Assembly: GCA_010093605.1 (NCBI GenBank)
Contig: MU004200.1
Location: 62,001 to 126,000, forward strand
Direction of reading: 5' to 3'
Origin: Lophium mytilinum
Lineage: Eukaryota
DNA length: 64,000 bases
The number at the start of each line of letters is the position of its first letter. Positions within the stretch are counted from its first letter, which is position 1. Shown piece after piece: positions 11,917 through 24,836 of this stretch. Made by a program: the position numbers and the translations under genes. The notes below the pieces were generated by a model that saw only the letters and a list, made by a program, of their open reading frames with translations, made no database searches and was not told the DNA's origin.

Positions 11917-12929
11917 TCACTCTGCCTTCTTAGCCTGGTCGCGCAGGTTGGGAGCTGTGGACTTCGACTCCTCCAGATCAGCCGCCCAGAGCGCTGCGCC
12001 GACGGTGTTTGTGAAGGCGAAGAAGATGCCGGCGAATGGAACCATCTCAAGGAGTAGGGCGACGACGCCGAAACTGGATAAATGTTAGTATTTTCTTTCT
12101 CGACCGACATCGGAGGTTTGGACTGACGCTGTATATGCCGCCTTCTTCTCCTCGATATATCTGTTACGCTCGCTTTTGCTCATTTCCTTCAGCTGGAAGT
12201 ATCGCGCGTGGGCGGCAGGGCCAGTCTTGCGTCCCTGGAGTGCGACAAAGATCACGGTTCCAACGACAGGAATGAAGTTGAGTGGGAGGTAGAGGAAGTA
12301 GCGGATGATGGCAGCCGGGGTGAAGCGTTGGAAAGGCTTTTTGGCGAGTTTGCCGAGCTTGGAGATGGGATCGGATCCATTCCCAGCGTTGATATGGCGC
12401 CCATCGGAGACTAGGACAGTCTTGTCGCGGGCGACGAGGGTCTACACATAATGTTAGAAAGGTGTCTCTACAAGAGTTGGGTTGCCCAGAGGGGCGTCCG
12501 GGACCAGGACGTACGCCATCGAAGGTGTCAATGAGTACTTCATCGATCAGGAAGTTCTTGCTCAGGATTGAGATGATGGTCGAGGACTCGCTTAGGACAA
12601 GAAGAACGGTCGTCACGGCGGCAAGGGGACCGTTGAACAGAGCGAGGACTGCAGCTTGTGGGATATAGGTGACAACAAACATGGCGATCGTAACCCCCAG
12701 TCCAAGCGTCATCGTGGGCACGAGCTTGGAAGCTAGAGGCTTCCATAGATCACGATGAGTGAGGAAGTAGAGTATGCCCTGAATAGTGTCAGCAATAATT
12801 TACCATTAAGAGTCAGGCGGAGTATACCCTCAGCGGGTAGAAGTAGGCACGAGACTGCACCGCCTCTGTTGCGAGGGTTCGGACGCGCTGGGCCTCCTCG
12901 ATGGCGGTCTGTTTGACTTTCTCCGACAT
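11917..12929 (-). CDS. EI24-domain membrane protein of the Rrt8/Lds (outer spore wall) family
   Basis: Four exons give AYFYPLRGILYF..H..LWKPL, LPLNFIPVVG, GPAAHARYFQLK and SFGVVALLLEMVPFAGIFFAFTNTVGAALWAADLE. Confidence 0.78.
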
Positions 12930-13847
12930 GATTGAATATAGCAATGGCCGTTGAGTGAGGTGTTTCGTAGGGAGGGAGGGGTTGAAGGTTTGGAGATGGT
13001 GTTTACGCGCAGTCACATTTTTCGACGTTTGCGACGGACGTCATCGAAAACGGCCAGGTCACGAGCAGCCCACCAGCCCACCTTCCACCCCTCCACACTC
13101 CAGCTGCAGAACTCGTCCAGCTCTGGACTCGTGTGCCGCCCGCCGGCAACGGGAGCATCGTCCAGGAACTCCCGATCGACCGATATCCGCGTTGATGTTG
13201 CACTGCCTGCCCGGCCAACGCATCTCGATATTGAGTCCCGCATACGTCAGGTGCCAAAGCGGCGGCTCGGCGGCGTCATGATGGAATTTGCTGATGGGAA
13301 TGCTGTCAGCTGCAACTTCCCGGTTTCATGTGGCTGGAGAATGCCCCGCTCGAAACCTGGAATGCAGGTGTGCAGGCGATGACCGCGCCACGCCATGGTC
13401 CCGATTAATTGTCTTCGGTTTGTCTCACAGGGCGTCCAAACCAGTCCCTAAGGGAAGGGATGGCCCTTGGTCACCCCGCAATGACGCAGGAACTGTGGCG
13501 CTCGCACCGCCACGGGTATATCTTTTGCCGCTTTCGGACGCGACCCCATTCTATTCCAACTTCATCTGTGGCGCGCGCCCAAACTCTTCCTTGAAACGCC
13601 TCGTGTCGTGATCCTCCCAGACAAAGGAGCAATTTAGCGTCGAGTGATTTTACGTCAATGCAACTCGTCGAGGCTCGCAATTGGTGGTATGCAGTGAGAG
13701 CGGGCGTACCGGGTGCGTACCTGCCTGCTACCAACGCTCTTTCCTGCCTCCAGGGCTTGTATCACACCATTTGCGGTCGAAATGTTCCACAGCCTGTGCA
13801 GCGGCTTCCCGAAGGCCGCTTTAGGCTCCAGGCGGCTGCTTCCAGCG

Positions 13848-13890
13848 TGACGTCAGGGCGAGTTTGAATCTTTCTTTCCTCGTCTATATA
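13848..13890 (+). promoter_or_regulatory. CRE (TGACGTCA) and TATA box upstream of the dehydrin-like gene
   Basis: Perfect TGACGTCA at 13848-13855, TATATAA ending at 13890, and a further TTACGTCA at 13650-13657. Confidence 0.5.
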
Positions 13891-14016
13891 ACACCGTCTG
13901 CTCTGCTCCTCCAATTCCTCCACACCACCCTCAAACACTTCTCTCCCACCATCCACTACCAATCCAATCCACTCAATCAACTTCTCCAATCAACCTCACC
14001 TCAATCAACCGCAGTC

Positions 14017-15240
14017 ATGCCAGTCATTGAACAGATCAAGAACAAGGTCGAGAACATCCTGCACAAGGACTCCAACACCACCGGCACGACTGGCACGACT
14101 GGCACCACAGGTACGCACACCGGCGCGACCGGCTCGCATACCAACACCGGCGTCGGCCACTCTGCCAACAATGAGCACGGCAGCCTGCTAGACCCCACTG
14201 GCCGTACCGGAGAGACGACATACGGCAACACTGGCCATGCCACCGCTGGCACTCACACCGGCACTCACGCTGGCACCCATACCGGCACTCACACCGGCGC
14301 TCACACCCACTCTGCCAACAATGGCCCGCACGACTCTGGCGTTGCGAACAAGGTCGACCCTCGCGTTGACTCGACGACCGGCACTCACTCCGGTGCGACT
14401 GGAGGCCACGTCAACCAGGGCTTGACCGGCCACTCCACCGCCACAGGAGCTCCTCACAATAGCCATGCCGCAAACACCATCGATCCCACGGTGAATACCG
14501 GCCACTCGACTACCCACTCCGGAGGCTTGACTGGAAATACCCATTCCGGCGGCCTGACTGGCAACAGCGCCGCGCACACTTCCAATACTGCGAACAACGG
14601 TCCTCACAAGATTCCTATCGCGAACAAGCTCGATCCCCGCGTTGACTCCACGACCGGAGAGTACTCGTCAAACACTCACAACACCGGCGCTACCACGGGA
14701 GGCTACGACGGCACCCACTCCGGCGGCCTGACGGGAGGCAACACTCACACTGGCACTCACACCGGCACTCACACTCATACCGCCAACAACGGCCCGCACG
14801 ATTCCGCCCTGGGCAACAAGGCCGATCCTCGCGTCGACTCGACGACTGCTGGCTACGGCAACACCCATACAGGAACGACAGGTGGTCTTACCGGCCATCA
14901 AGGCACCACTGGGGGTCTTACCGGCCACCAAGGCACCACTGGAGGTCACACCGGCCACTCAGGTACGACTGGAGGTTTGACTGGCAACTCAGGCACCACG
15001 GGCGGTCTTACCGGTCACTCCACCACCACCCACGGTGCTGCAACCCACGGCCACACCGCTGGCGCGCCGCAGTACAGCAATGAGCTCCCCGGCCCGGCAG
15101 CCAACACCGCCGGCCCGCACAAGTCGGACTTACTCAACAAGGCTGACCCTCGCGTCGACGCCGATCTTGATGGCTCCAAAACCATCGGCGGCAACAAGAC
15201 TTACGCTGCTGGTCAGTCTGGTCAGTCTGGACAGTACTAG
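14017..15240 (+). CDS. Fungal dehydrin-like DPR-repeat protein (Gly/Thr/His-rich, predicted disordered)
   Basis: Intronless ORF from ATG 14017 with four GPHxxxxxNKxDPRVD repeats, degenerate copies, and GLTGHxGTTG repeats. Confidence 0.85.
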   Translation: MPVIEQIKNKVENILHKDSNTTGTTGTTGTTGTHTGATGSHTNTGVGHSANNEHGSLLDPTGRTGETTYGNTGHATAGTHTGTHAGTHTGTHTGAHTHSANNGPHDSGVANKVDPRVDSTTGTHSGATGGHVNQGLTGHSTATGAPHNSHAANTIDPTVNTGHSTTHSGGLTGNTHSGGLTGNSAAHTSNTANNGPHKIPIANKLDPRVDSTTGEYSSNTHNTGATTGGYDGTHSGGLTGGNTHTGTHTGTHTHTANNGPHDSALGNKADPRVDSTTAGYGNTHTGTTGGLTGHQGTTGGLTGHQGTTGGHTGHSGTTGGLTGNSGTTGGLTGHSTTTHGAATHGHTAGAPQYSNELPGPAANTAGPHKSDLLNKADPRVDADLDGSKTIGGNKTYAAGQSGQSGQY

Positions 15241-18200
15241 GTTGTTGGCCAGTTCTGACTCATGATCATTTCTTTACTCTTTCTCATGACATTGATGATA
15301 TCGGGATGGGATTCTCGGATGCTTCCTGCTACGGCAGAAGATGCGGATAACGCATTGTATTAGTAGTACCAATCAGAACGATTCTGAAAACACATCTCTT
15401 GCTTCCGATTCGTGCTGTGAATAATCATGTTGAAATGTCCTTTGATCAACATCATTCGAAGATCTACTAACGAAGCTGTACATGGTCGATTCGCTAATTA
15501 TTCTTTTCCTCAATCACCTATCTCGAGTATGTACTCATACTTTGCTTGACATTCACCCAGTGGAGCAGAGTTATCAGTGAACTACGACACCAAGTAGCTA
15601 CTCTCGGCGTCAAATCTTTGACTTTTTCGTTCCCTCCCCCCTTGTTTCAACGTCGTGCTCGGTTACCATTTTCAGACAATGTCTTGACCTCTTCACGTAA
15701 AGCCAGCCGCAATAACAAACTGCCTGAGTACCAGCATGTGTGCCCTAGCAAGCATTAACCCCCCCTTTCTTACCCGCCTCTCGACTCCCAAACACGTGTC
15801 CTTCACGTGACGTATAAGACATATGCTTTTCACACCGCTTACTACAACTACGCACAAGTCAATACTTAGAAAGCAGAACTAGGCATAGAGCATATCTAGA
15901 CCGGCCCTCTCCCTATACAACACCATTCCCAACCCCCTCTCATCAGCACCTCTCATCACTACGTCTCATCACCACCTCGCCCCCCGCCGCATTCCACCCC
16001 TTTCCCAATCCCCACAATCTCACCCGCTCTCCGATACCTCCACAGCAGGAGCGTGAGCCAGTTGCACTATCCCTGACGTCGGAGTTCCGGTAACTGACGG
16101 TAACAGGATCAGGAGAACCGCTTGGGAAGCCCGTGATGCGCGGCGCCTCTGCTGCCGTTTCTGCCGCCCTGGTCCGACGTCCGAGCTCCACGGTGGAAGA
16201 GGAGGGGCCGATGATGACGGAGATTGTGGGAGGTGAGCGGGTAGGATGGGAGTAGCAGTAGGGGTAGGGGTAGGGGCGAGTTGGTCGTTTGGACTGCGTG
16301 GTTGGGAGGAGTTGAGGCAAGGAGTGTTGTGTTCAGGGGTTTGTTTAAGGGGGGTGTTTGGGTCCTGGAAAGGGGTTGTTTGAGGATGGTGTTTGGTTTC
16401 TAGAAAGGGGTTGTTTGGTGATGTGTGAGGTTGGTGAAGGAAAGGGATTTGAGAGGCGTGAGTTGGCGCATTTGGACGTTGTCTTTGCTGAGGGAAGGGG
16501 GGTAGCGAGCTGGAATGTTCGCACGGGTTGGGGAGGGTGAGGGAGGTGTGAGTTGGTGGCGCTGGAGCTGTGGAGAGTGGTGTGAAGTTAGTGAGACTGA
16601 GTTAGCCTAGAACGGTAGAGGTGTCTCTGGACATAAAAAGATTAGCACGTTTAAGTTAGTTTAACAGGGTTCGTATTGTGAAGTTAAATGGGAAGCGTCT
16701 GGTGTAACAGAAAGCATGCTTGTTAGCAGCGGAGTTTGACCCAGAGAGCGACAAAGGTCAATCCCGCGCACGACGGTATCGACACAGAAACGGCAATGCT
16801 GCTTATTAGTTGCTGTAATAGGAAAAGGATGAATTCTCACTAACCAAAAACCGTTCTAAGTACGCCAGTTTTAGTCCAAGACGGTGAGAAGCCTTCCGCG
16901 CTTTATGCTACTGTCACCCTGATCGTTGCAAGCTCATCATCACCTGCCAAGTACATAGATCCAATCCTCAAAAGTGGGATATGCATGAGGTGTTGTCCGG
17001 ATATAAACACAAGCCCTACTGCTTAAGTAAGATGACTACTCATATCCACTTCTTCATGATCGACGGCTCTCGTTAACAACACATATGACTAAAAATGCAG
17101 ATATATATATTCCAGGAAACATGGACTCTGATTGGTGGAATTGTATACCTCGAAAGTACGTACATGCGGCCGACGCGCTAGGCGGGACGAGTTGCAGCTG
17201 CATATGCGTTCTCGGCACCATTGTTGAAGCCTTGGGGGCGGAGACGTGGCAGTGGTGTGCGAGCGGGGCGTTCTTCACCGGTGTCGACTTGGTAATTTCG
17301 GATGTGCAAGCGAGCAGCAGATTGAGCAAGTAATGATGCAACTCTGCCACACGATGCTGGGTGGGCTATCCATCACATGGACACTCGACTCTACTGACGG
17401 GATAACGGTACCTAAAGTAGAACCCATGCGTAGTCTGAGTGAGATGTGGGGCAGCTTGATTCAGTTTGCGGAAAGTGTGGCGAGTTTAATATTCAAATTA
17501 TCTGCTTGGATGAGCAGTGGGCTCAGAATTGCTCTAGAGCTGAGATGAGGCTGACTCTTACGCACCGCCACATTGAAGTAGAGCAGCTTATTCCCGTCGC
17601 TCAGACCCATGGGCGATACGCGTTGCATTGCCTGGGTCAGATTGAGATCTTAGTCAGACTGCAGCCACTGTGGCCATGTAACTGCGGAAGAGCTTCCAGA
17701 AGCGTATGCATGCATCCTGGTTTGGAATGAAGTTCTAAAACAGTGGACGTGTTGTACTAATATCTTTGCAGTGGACAGTGTTAGAATAGAAGAAAGCAGT
17801 CCAGGCGCCCTATTTTTGGCTGCTCGGAAATGCGAAAGCGCCACGCAGCACTGAGAGACGCTCACAATTCCCGCATCGGCAACGGGCTGAAGCTGTTAAA
17901 TTTGGTGACCTCCTCTATTCAGGTAGTTGGGCAAAGCGAAGTCCAAATAAACTTCTCCCACAGGCTGCGGTGGTTGCGGTTGAACGATTGTAACCCGTGC
18001 TTGCTGCGGGCGTGGTCGTCGATTGGCTCTCTAAGATGGGGTCTACCTTGCCAAGACGTGATTTGGGCAGGGCTGTGCTATACATAGAAATTTATCAAGC
18101 ACCTGTTTAGGAATGGTGCGAGATGCTTCAAATGACAACGTGAAAGCTCGGCTACGATCGGCGAGCCTAGATGTGTCCTCTGCAACTTGAGGCTCGCTGT

Positions 18201-20129
18201 CCGTGGTCATGTCCAGTCCATCTGCTGAAGTGGCAGGGGTCTTTATCTGATCTGTTTAGGTATAGGATAGCTGGTTCAGGTGTGGAGTAGCCCAAATAGA
18301 GATAATTAGGATGTTGATAGCTAGCAATAGTTCTCTAGTAGGTGATCCTGGAAAAGGTGAGGGGTACTACCAGCAACAACTGCAAAGTAGTCCATATAGC
18401 TACACTTGCTCCGTGGCAAGCGTTGATAGTAGAGGATAAGTTGCTCCGATGGGATAAGTGCCCGACGACACTCGTCTGCCTAATCTCTAGCTCTAGCTGA
18501 ATGTTGAAGCCGTGCCGTTCCTGGGGTTTGCACCGAACACAACTGGCTCTCAGTGGACGGGTCTTGGTCCGGGACCTGGAAAGCTATATAGCCCTCGAAG
18601 TAGCTAGCGCTGACTAGTTCAGGCGAGGGTTCCAGAGCGGGTATCAACGTTTAGAGGCGATCTCTATATTCAGGGGCCATGGGTGACGAGAGCACAGACT
18701 TGCGGTTGCTGGTGATGACAGACGAGCTGGCCATTGGTGTTCGTGTGCTTGCAACATGAGATTGCTATTCTGAACTCCCGCCTGGCGACGTGTTTTGAGT
18801 CTTGACAAGATGAAGATGCTAAACTGACGTTTTACCTGAGTCCTTTCCGATACCTCGTCTCCACTGTTGGCCGACAGTCGTTCACCGGCTTGCCGAAGGA
18901 GAATCGCCTCGAATGTCGTTCCGAGGGTAGTATATGCCGACTTCGACCGAACCCCTTTCAGCAGCTGGCTTGTCGACGAGATATGCAGCTTGGATCGCAT
19001 CGGCTAGGAAATGCTACGTCAAGTGCGGATGTTACCAAGGTCGGCATTGGGATTGATTCCATCTTTGCCCACAACGATGGCGCATGAAGAGACCAAGGTG
19101 CACAAACTGCAGATGGCTGTTTTGAGCAGGCGTTAACCATGAAGAAGTCGGCTCATTTGTGCGTCTCTAGCCACTGTGAGGGGCGGTTGATACTAGGGAG
19201 CGGTAGTCAGCGCCGTACAGCAAACGGGGTCGGAAGCACCCAGGGAAGCACGGCAGCAGCCAGACGATGCCGATGATGGAGTTTGATGTCAACGCGGTGG
19301 AATGCCATAAGCACAAGGGCGCACCCGACAGGTGGAGATGAGGAGCATTAAGGTCCCTGCATGTTGTAGGGAGTGTATTTCGCAATACCAACGGGAGGCT
19401 GTCCAGCCAACGCCACAGACCGCAATCTCACGCTGCCAGACACGGCTGGTGTGTACCCATCGTCAGCCCTCATGTCTTGCAGAGGCCCATGGTCGCGAGG
19501 GATTGGGTGGGCTTCAGTGTAGGATGGCACGGTTGGGTTCAGGCCGGGCTGTCGGCAGCCCCCAAGCTTTCCAGCCTGATGCCACGCCGTTTCATCCCCA
19601 GACGCTGCAGCGGGACCGTCCAACGACGGCGGAGGGTGGCCGAAGGCGCCGTGTCTGCGCTCTCTCCAGCGGTCCCATGCACCAGATATGCAGCTCTAGG
19701 GCCACGCACGAAGACTCGACGGCGCCGGGCAGCACGGCCCCAGCAAGCAGACCGTCTGGGAACCTTTCGGCGACGGCGTTGAAGCCGCGCTGCTCGCAAC
19801 AGCCCTGCCAGCCGGGGGGTGGGCACGGGGGCCACGGTGGGCGGGCGCCGGGGGGCGTATGTAGGAAGAAAGCCATGCAGCCCGTGGCACGGCCTACGGT
19901 GAAGGTGCATCGATCTCGAGGGCCTCCCCCGGCCCGCTAGGATATAAGGACCCAGCGACCTCTCAGCTGTAGATGGTATACATATCTGGCAGGCCTCGTA
20001 CCTTCGTACATAATCAAATCAGCCCATCTTCTTGCCAGTCAGCATCTTGCCACTGCAAAGTGCGTACTGAACCTCAATCCTTCCTCCCAGATCGTCGTGC
20101 CCAGGAACCAGAGGTCCTGTGCCGTGCCC

Positions 20130-21305
20130 ATGGATTACGCCTATTTCAACGCCGCTCCACCGCAGCACCCCTACCAGTTCATCGGCCTGCCTCCAACTCC
20201 CACTTACTCCCAGCCCATTGACCACGACACCATCCGGAGCATCGTAAGGAAACCCCTCCAAGCTGCTAAGACCTCAAGCTAGCATCAGTGCTTTTCTCTG
20301 AGGAGCTGCGGCACTGACCCCGCTTTCTCACCACTTGGCTAATGCAAGCCAGGAACCCCTCGACACAGCTTTCCTGCCCTCTTACGATGCCTTCCAATAC
20401 TCTCACAACGGCCTCCCAACAACTTCCGGCTCGCCAGACCCAATAGCCGGCCATACTCCGATGCCTGCCGGCAGCCTGGACAGTGGACTGGGGGCGGACC
20501 TAGACGCGCGGGATAGTAGGACACGGAGCAGCAGTGAGGAGAAAGAGACGGGCTTAACGCCAGCACAAAGTCGGCGGAAGGCGCAGAATCGTGCAGCGTG
20601 AGTACCGAACCTCACATTTCAAGATCAGGAGGGAGCATGTGCACACAAACCCGTCATCATGCATCAGCCTCACCCCTCAGCACCCCTCGACCTCACACAT
20701 TATCATACAGCCGTGACACCTCGGGCTTACTGCACTTCTATACTTACAGTGCATCGCAGCTAACAATTCCCAGCCAACGCGCCTTCCGCGAGCGCAAAGA
20801 ACGCCACGTCCGCGACCTCGAAGCCAAACTCTCCGCCCTCGAATCCTCCACCCACAGCCTGCAATCCGACAACGAGCGCCTCAAGCTCGCCCTGCAGCGC
20901 GCCCGCACCGAGAACGAGATCCTGCGCGCGACCTCAGCACATTCTCCGACCTCGTCCCGCCCGGTCTCGGGGTCCTACTCCCCCAACGGCGACTCGGCCG
21001 ACGATGCAGACTACAACGTGCACTCGCTGACGCACGGCACCGTGGTCACCGACATCTCTTTCCGGGACTCGGAGAAGTCGAAGCGCTTCAGCGGTGTCTC
21101 GAGCAAAGAGCTCCCCGCACAGCAGACGTGGGACTTGATACAGAGCCACCCACTGGTGAAGCAGGGACTTGTGGACATTGCGGATGTGTGTGACCGGCTA
21201 AAGGGGCTGGCGCGGTGCGATGGGCACGGGCCGGTGTTCGAGGAGCGGGCAGTATGGAAGGTGGTTGAAGAAAGTCGGAGAGGGGGTGGGGACGAGCTGA
21301 TCTGA
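20130..21305 (+). CDS. rsmA: Yap-like bZIP transcription factor, RsmA/Fcr3 type
   Basis: RSSSEEKETGLTPAQSRRKAQNRAA, intron, QRAFRERKERHVRDLE; C-terminal TWDLIQSHP...VCDRLKGLARCDGHGPVF; two introns. Confidence 0.8.
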
Positions 21306-21854
21306 TACCCCTGTTCATTTGTCTTTATTACGATCGCTTCGATTTTGTTCAGCAAAAGAAGGTGGCGAGTAGTTCACGGCAGTCGGGCAATATCCCGTTT
21401 TGGGGCCTTGCAAACCCCGTATGAGGCGCGCAGTATGCAAGCGTTTCTGGCTGCTGGGTACTCGAACAACAGCTGGTTGTTTGTCGTGGCGTGTGACCGA
21501 CTGTTGACCACACTGTCGTACGGTCTCCAGCACGTCTCCGCGGATACGCATTCGTTTCTTGTTTATACCCTTTTCTGCAACGACGGTCTACATTCGGACG
21601 TCGAGTTAGTAGGATGCGGTGGTCTGGGTAGTGTAGTCTAGAGTTATAGCCCGCGAGGCTTACCAAGGCAAGGAATTGGCGCTTTTCGATATAGAGAGTT
21701 GACTCAACCTCAATAGACTTCACAATCACCAGAGCTCGAATGCCGATCCTGTACGTGCGATGCAGTATGACGGAGTTGCCGCCCGGGGCCCCGCACGCCA
21801 GCTCCATGCTTCGGCGGTAGTTATGGGAATAAGATTTTAGAGGAAAGATCAAAG

Positions 21855-21958
21855 TTTTGTTAGTCCAACGCCTATCACTTCAACCAGTTGACCGTTAAAC
21901 CCGTGGGGCTGGGATCAACGGTCAACTGGTTGAAGTGATAGGCATTGGACTGATAAAA
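21855..21958. repeat. Near-perfect 42-bp inverted repeat with a 20-nt spacer
   Basis: Arms 21855-21896 and 21917-21958 are reverse complements at 39 of 42 positions. Confidence 0.95.
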
Positions 21959-22530
21959 TCTTTTAGTTCTGAGTGATGAGAACTGCAGCAACTTTCGCCG
22001 GTGATGTACAGTTCCGTACGGTGTTCCAACATTAGGTCTGAGAGTCGTTCACCGACGGGGTAAGAGATACAGAGTAGAGGCATGAGAGCGTGCGACCTGA
22101 ACAGCCGACGTAGGCATAGATGATTGATTCTGCTGTAGAACGCACACGTTGGCTCCTTTACTGGCCGTACAATATTTCACTGTTCTCTCTCCCCTTCGCT
22201 CACGGAGAATAACCACGCTTTGACAGCTAAACCCAAGCTCCAGCGGACAGCGCATGTTTCCTCGCAGCCTGCTCTCGAAACCAGAGGGCAACAGTTTGCG
22301 ATGCAACCATTAACCAGGAGTGGCCAATGCACATTCGTTAGACATCTGCATTCCGACCTGGCTCACTTATTACCGAAATTCTTAGATATCATTCATCGAC
22401 ACTGAGATTTTCTCCTCGCCCTCACAACCCGGCCCCCTCCCCACGTGCTCCAACTTGCCGTCCTCAAGCCTCACACTTCCCCAGCTCTGCCCCAACGCAG
22501 TCCGGCACCGCAAAACCACCGTGGACCCTT

Positions 22531-22614
22531 GGACAGTTCCTCGGGCTTTGGCGCCTCCGACCTCATCCTCCCCTCCCCTCCACTCCCCTCCGCGGACAGT
22601 TCCTCGGGCTTTGG
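22531..22614. repeat. 21-bp exact direct repeat GGACAGTTCCTCGGGCTTTGG
   Basis: Copies at 22531-22551 and 22594-22614. Confidence 0.9.
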
Positions 22615-23839
22615 ACACTACTCCGCTCCCCTCCGCTCCGCGGAGAGAAACAAACTCGAAGGAAAGCTCTCTCCAACAACCACATCCTCCCCTCCCTATC
22701 CCTGACCCCCAAAATCCTGCTATCCACCGCCCAGCCCATGCAAGGCTAGCAACATGCAGTGTTGTATTTTCATGCACGTGAATCCTTCCAGCGCCGATCA
22801 CCCATGCCCATGCAGTCGCTCCACGCACGGGCCCCCGCAACCAACATGTCAGCGCTGCAAAGCCGCCATACAATGCGTTATGTCAGCCGGCGTGTGGGTC
22901 TGGAGCCCTGGAGCGGGGCTGATAAGTCATGCAAAGCGGGGCAGGGGCGGGTGGGGGTTGGAGTTTGTTTAGCTGCATGCGCCTGCATGGCTGCGCTGGT
23001 GGACGTATGTAAGGAGCTGTCATCATTTGAGGGGCGTGGGCGGGGGGCCGTGCAGATGGCGTGCATCGGGGGTGTTGTCGGTTTGGGAGTAGGGGGGAGT
23101 GGGCGTTTGATGGTAGAGGGAGGTGGTATGCTGGGAAGGTGGTATTCCATGTGGTTCTTTGTGGTGGTTTGGAGGGGTATGCTTGATTAGTTGTTGTTCC
23201 AGAGGAGTTTGTGGTGAAGATTGTTCTATTCTATAGGTATTCTTATGTTCTCGTATCTTGCTCGAGAGTATTGAATGGACGAAGCCTGTTGGGTTGGACT
23301 GTGCAGGTTCTTTCTTATCTGTATGTAGATGGTAAACGGTCCTGACCCGTTCACGGGTTTATGGTACGTACCCTCGCATTCGCATTGAAACGGCGCGAAG
23401 GATGTTGGGCACTGGGTTAGCGTGAGTCTCAACCCTTTGAGTAATTTGCCAGTCAAGGTTAGTGGGAGTGGTAGAAACCTGCTCGCATAGATCCGTCCTC
23501 TGCACTAAGCACCTACGTGTCACAGCAGTGAGACATGTGAAATTGTACACGATAGACTTTTGGGGCCGTTATATAGACGCGCTAAAATCGGTATGCCGAT
23601 AGATGCCATAGCAAATGTGATGACCTGATTCGGGCCCGCTCCACGCGCTTTTCGGTACCGTCGCCGGTTTAGGCACTGCATAGTGAACGACACTAAGCGA
23701 GACCCCCGCTCTATTCTCACAATCAGGGATGTGACGCCTGCATCTCTGGTATGGCCTAGCACTTAGCTGCTAGACATGCCGGTCTCAGCGGACTGACGGC
23801 TAGACAGGAGTCTTGAACGGTGCTGGATGTCTCATTCGC

Positions 23840-24836
23840 TCAATCCCAATCGCTATCGTCGTCGTCCTGCGTCCTGCTACTCTTGCCCTGCTTTATCGTC
23901 TTGTAGCTAGCTTCTGCGTCTTCGGAGCGCTCGTTCCGCTTCTGAATGCGGTGGTCGCCGTGAGTCACTGCTCCAACTTCGAGGAGGACTTTCTCGAGAT
24001 CTGCGATTCATGTGTTGTTAGCATTGCGAGGGTTACATGTGCTGATCATAAGGCTACGGGTGGGAGTACCCGCACTCCTTGGAGCTTGTGCAGGAGAGAT
24101 TTGGGACCATGTGAATACGCGAATACGCCCGGCGATAACACAGATGGAATATTGTCTCAGAAAACGGTCTAACATACCGGCTGCCTTTGTACGTGGACCC
24201 TGAAGCTCCCGCAGCGTCACAAGTTGCCGTCTGATGTCTCCATCCTTGTAGACCAACACTGTTGGCGTGTTTTTGTCAGGGTAGCCTTCTATGCACAGAT
24301 CGGCGCGAATCTGGCAGAACTTAATGTCACCAAATCTGCGTGCCAGGTCGCGCCATATTTCGATCAAGACGCGCGACTCGGTATTGGTCCCTTGGGAGGA
24401 GGTGAGGAGGACGAACACGAAGGCTTTATTGGAGGCTTCGGTGACGTCTCTGGCGTAGTCGGGCTTCTGTACATGGTAGACTTGGTTGTATACGGAGGCA
24501 GTGTTGATGGTGGAGAGTTCTGCTAATCGCTTTTTCCTGCGCAGAATTAGCACTGTCTCAGTTCAAAAATTCAGGCGCCATGTTGTAGCCAGACACTTGC
24601 CTGTACTCCTCCAGGAAATCCTCGTCCTCTTCATCTTCGAGTGCTGCCAGCTCGTCCAAGTCCTTGCCCTCTAACCTGTTCTCGTGTGCTAACTGGCGGG
24701 CTTGCTCGAGGGCTTCTTGTATCATTGGAGTGGGCGACGGTGGCTTTTCTGGTATAACGCCATGCTTCCGCAGTATGTCGTTCCATTCCGTATCTGCGTT
24801 TGGATCGTCCACCGGCACATTGACTGGCATGTCCAT
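23840..24836 (-). CDS. PLP2: Phosducin-like protein (PhLP2/Plp2, CCT co-chaperone)
   Basis: DPNADTEWNDILRKHGVIPEKP, EDEEDEDFLEEYR, CIEGYPDKNTPTVLVYKDG and an acidic C-terminus DDDDSDWD; two introns. Confidence 0.88.

Noticed and set aside
15943..16320. 125-aa minus-strand ORF with PYPYPY
   Set aside because: Non-ATG start, low-complexity C-rich DNA and no recognisable domain.
19332..19940. Overlapping 90-200 aa ORFs
   Set aside because: Explained by stop-poor GC-rich DNA upstream of the bZIP gene.
22382..23190. Several short ORFs and a 21-bp direct repeat suggesting a CRISPR-like unit
   Set aside because: Only two copies, in a eukaryote, with a low-complexity spacer; the ORFs have no domain signal.
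24001..24178. Longer intron of the phosducin-like gene as a snoRNA host
   Set aside because: I could not identify paired C/D or H/ACA boxes with a supporting structure by eye.
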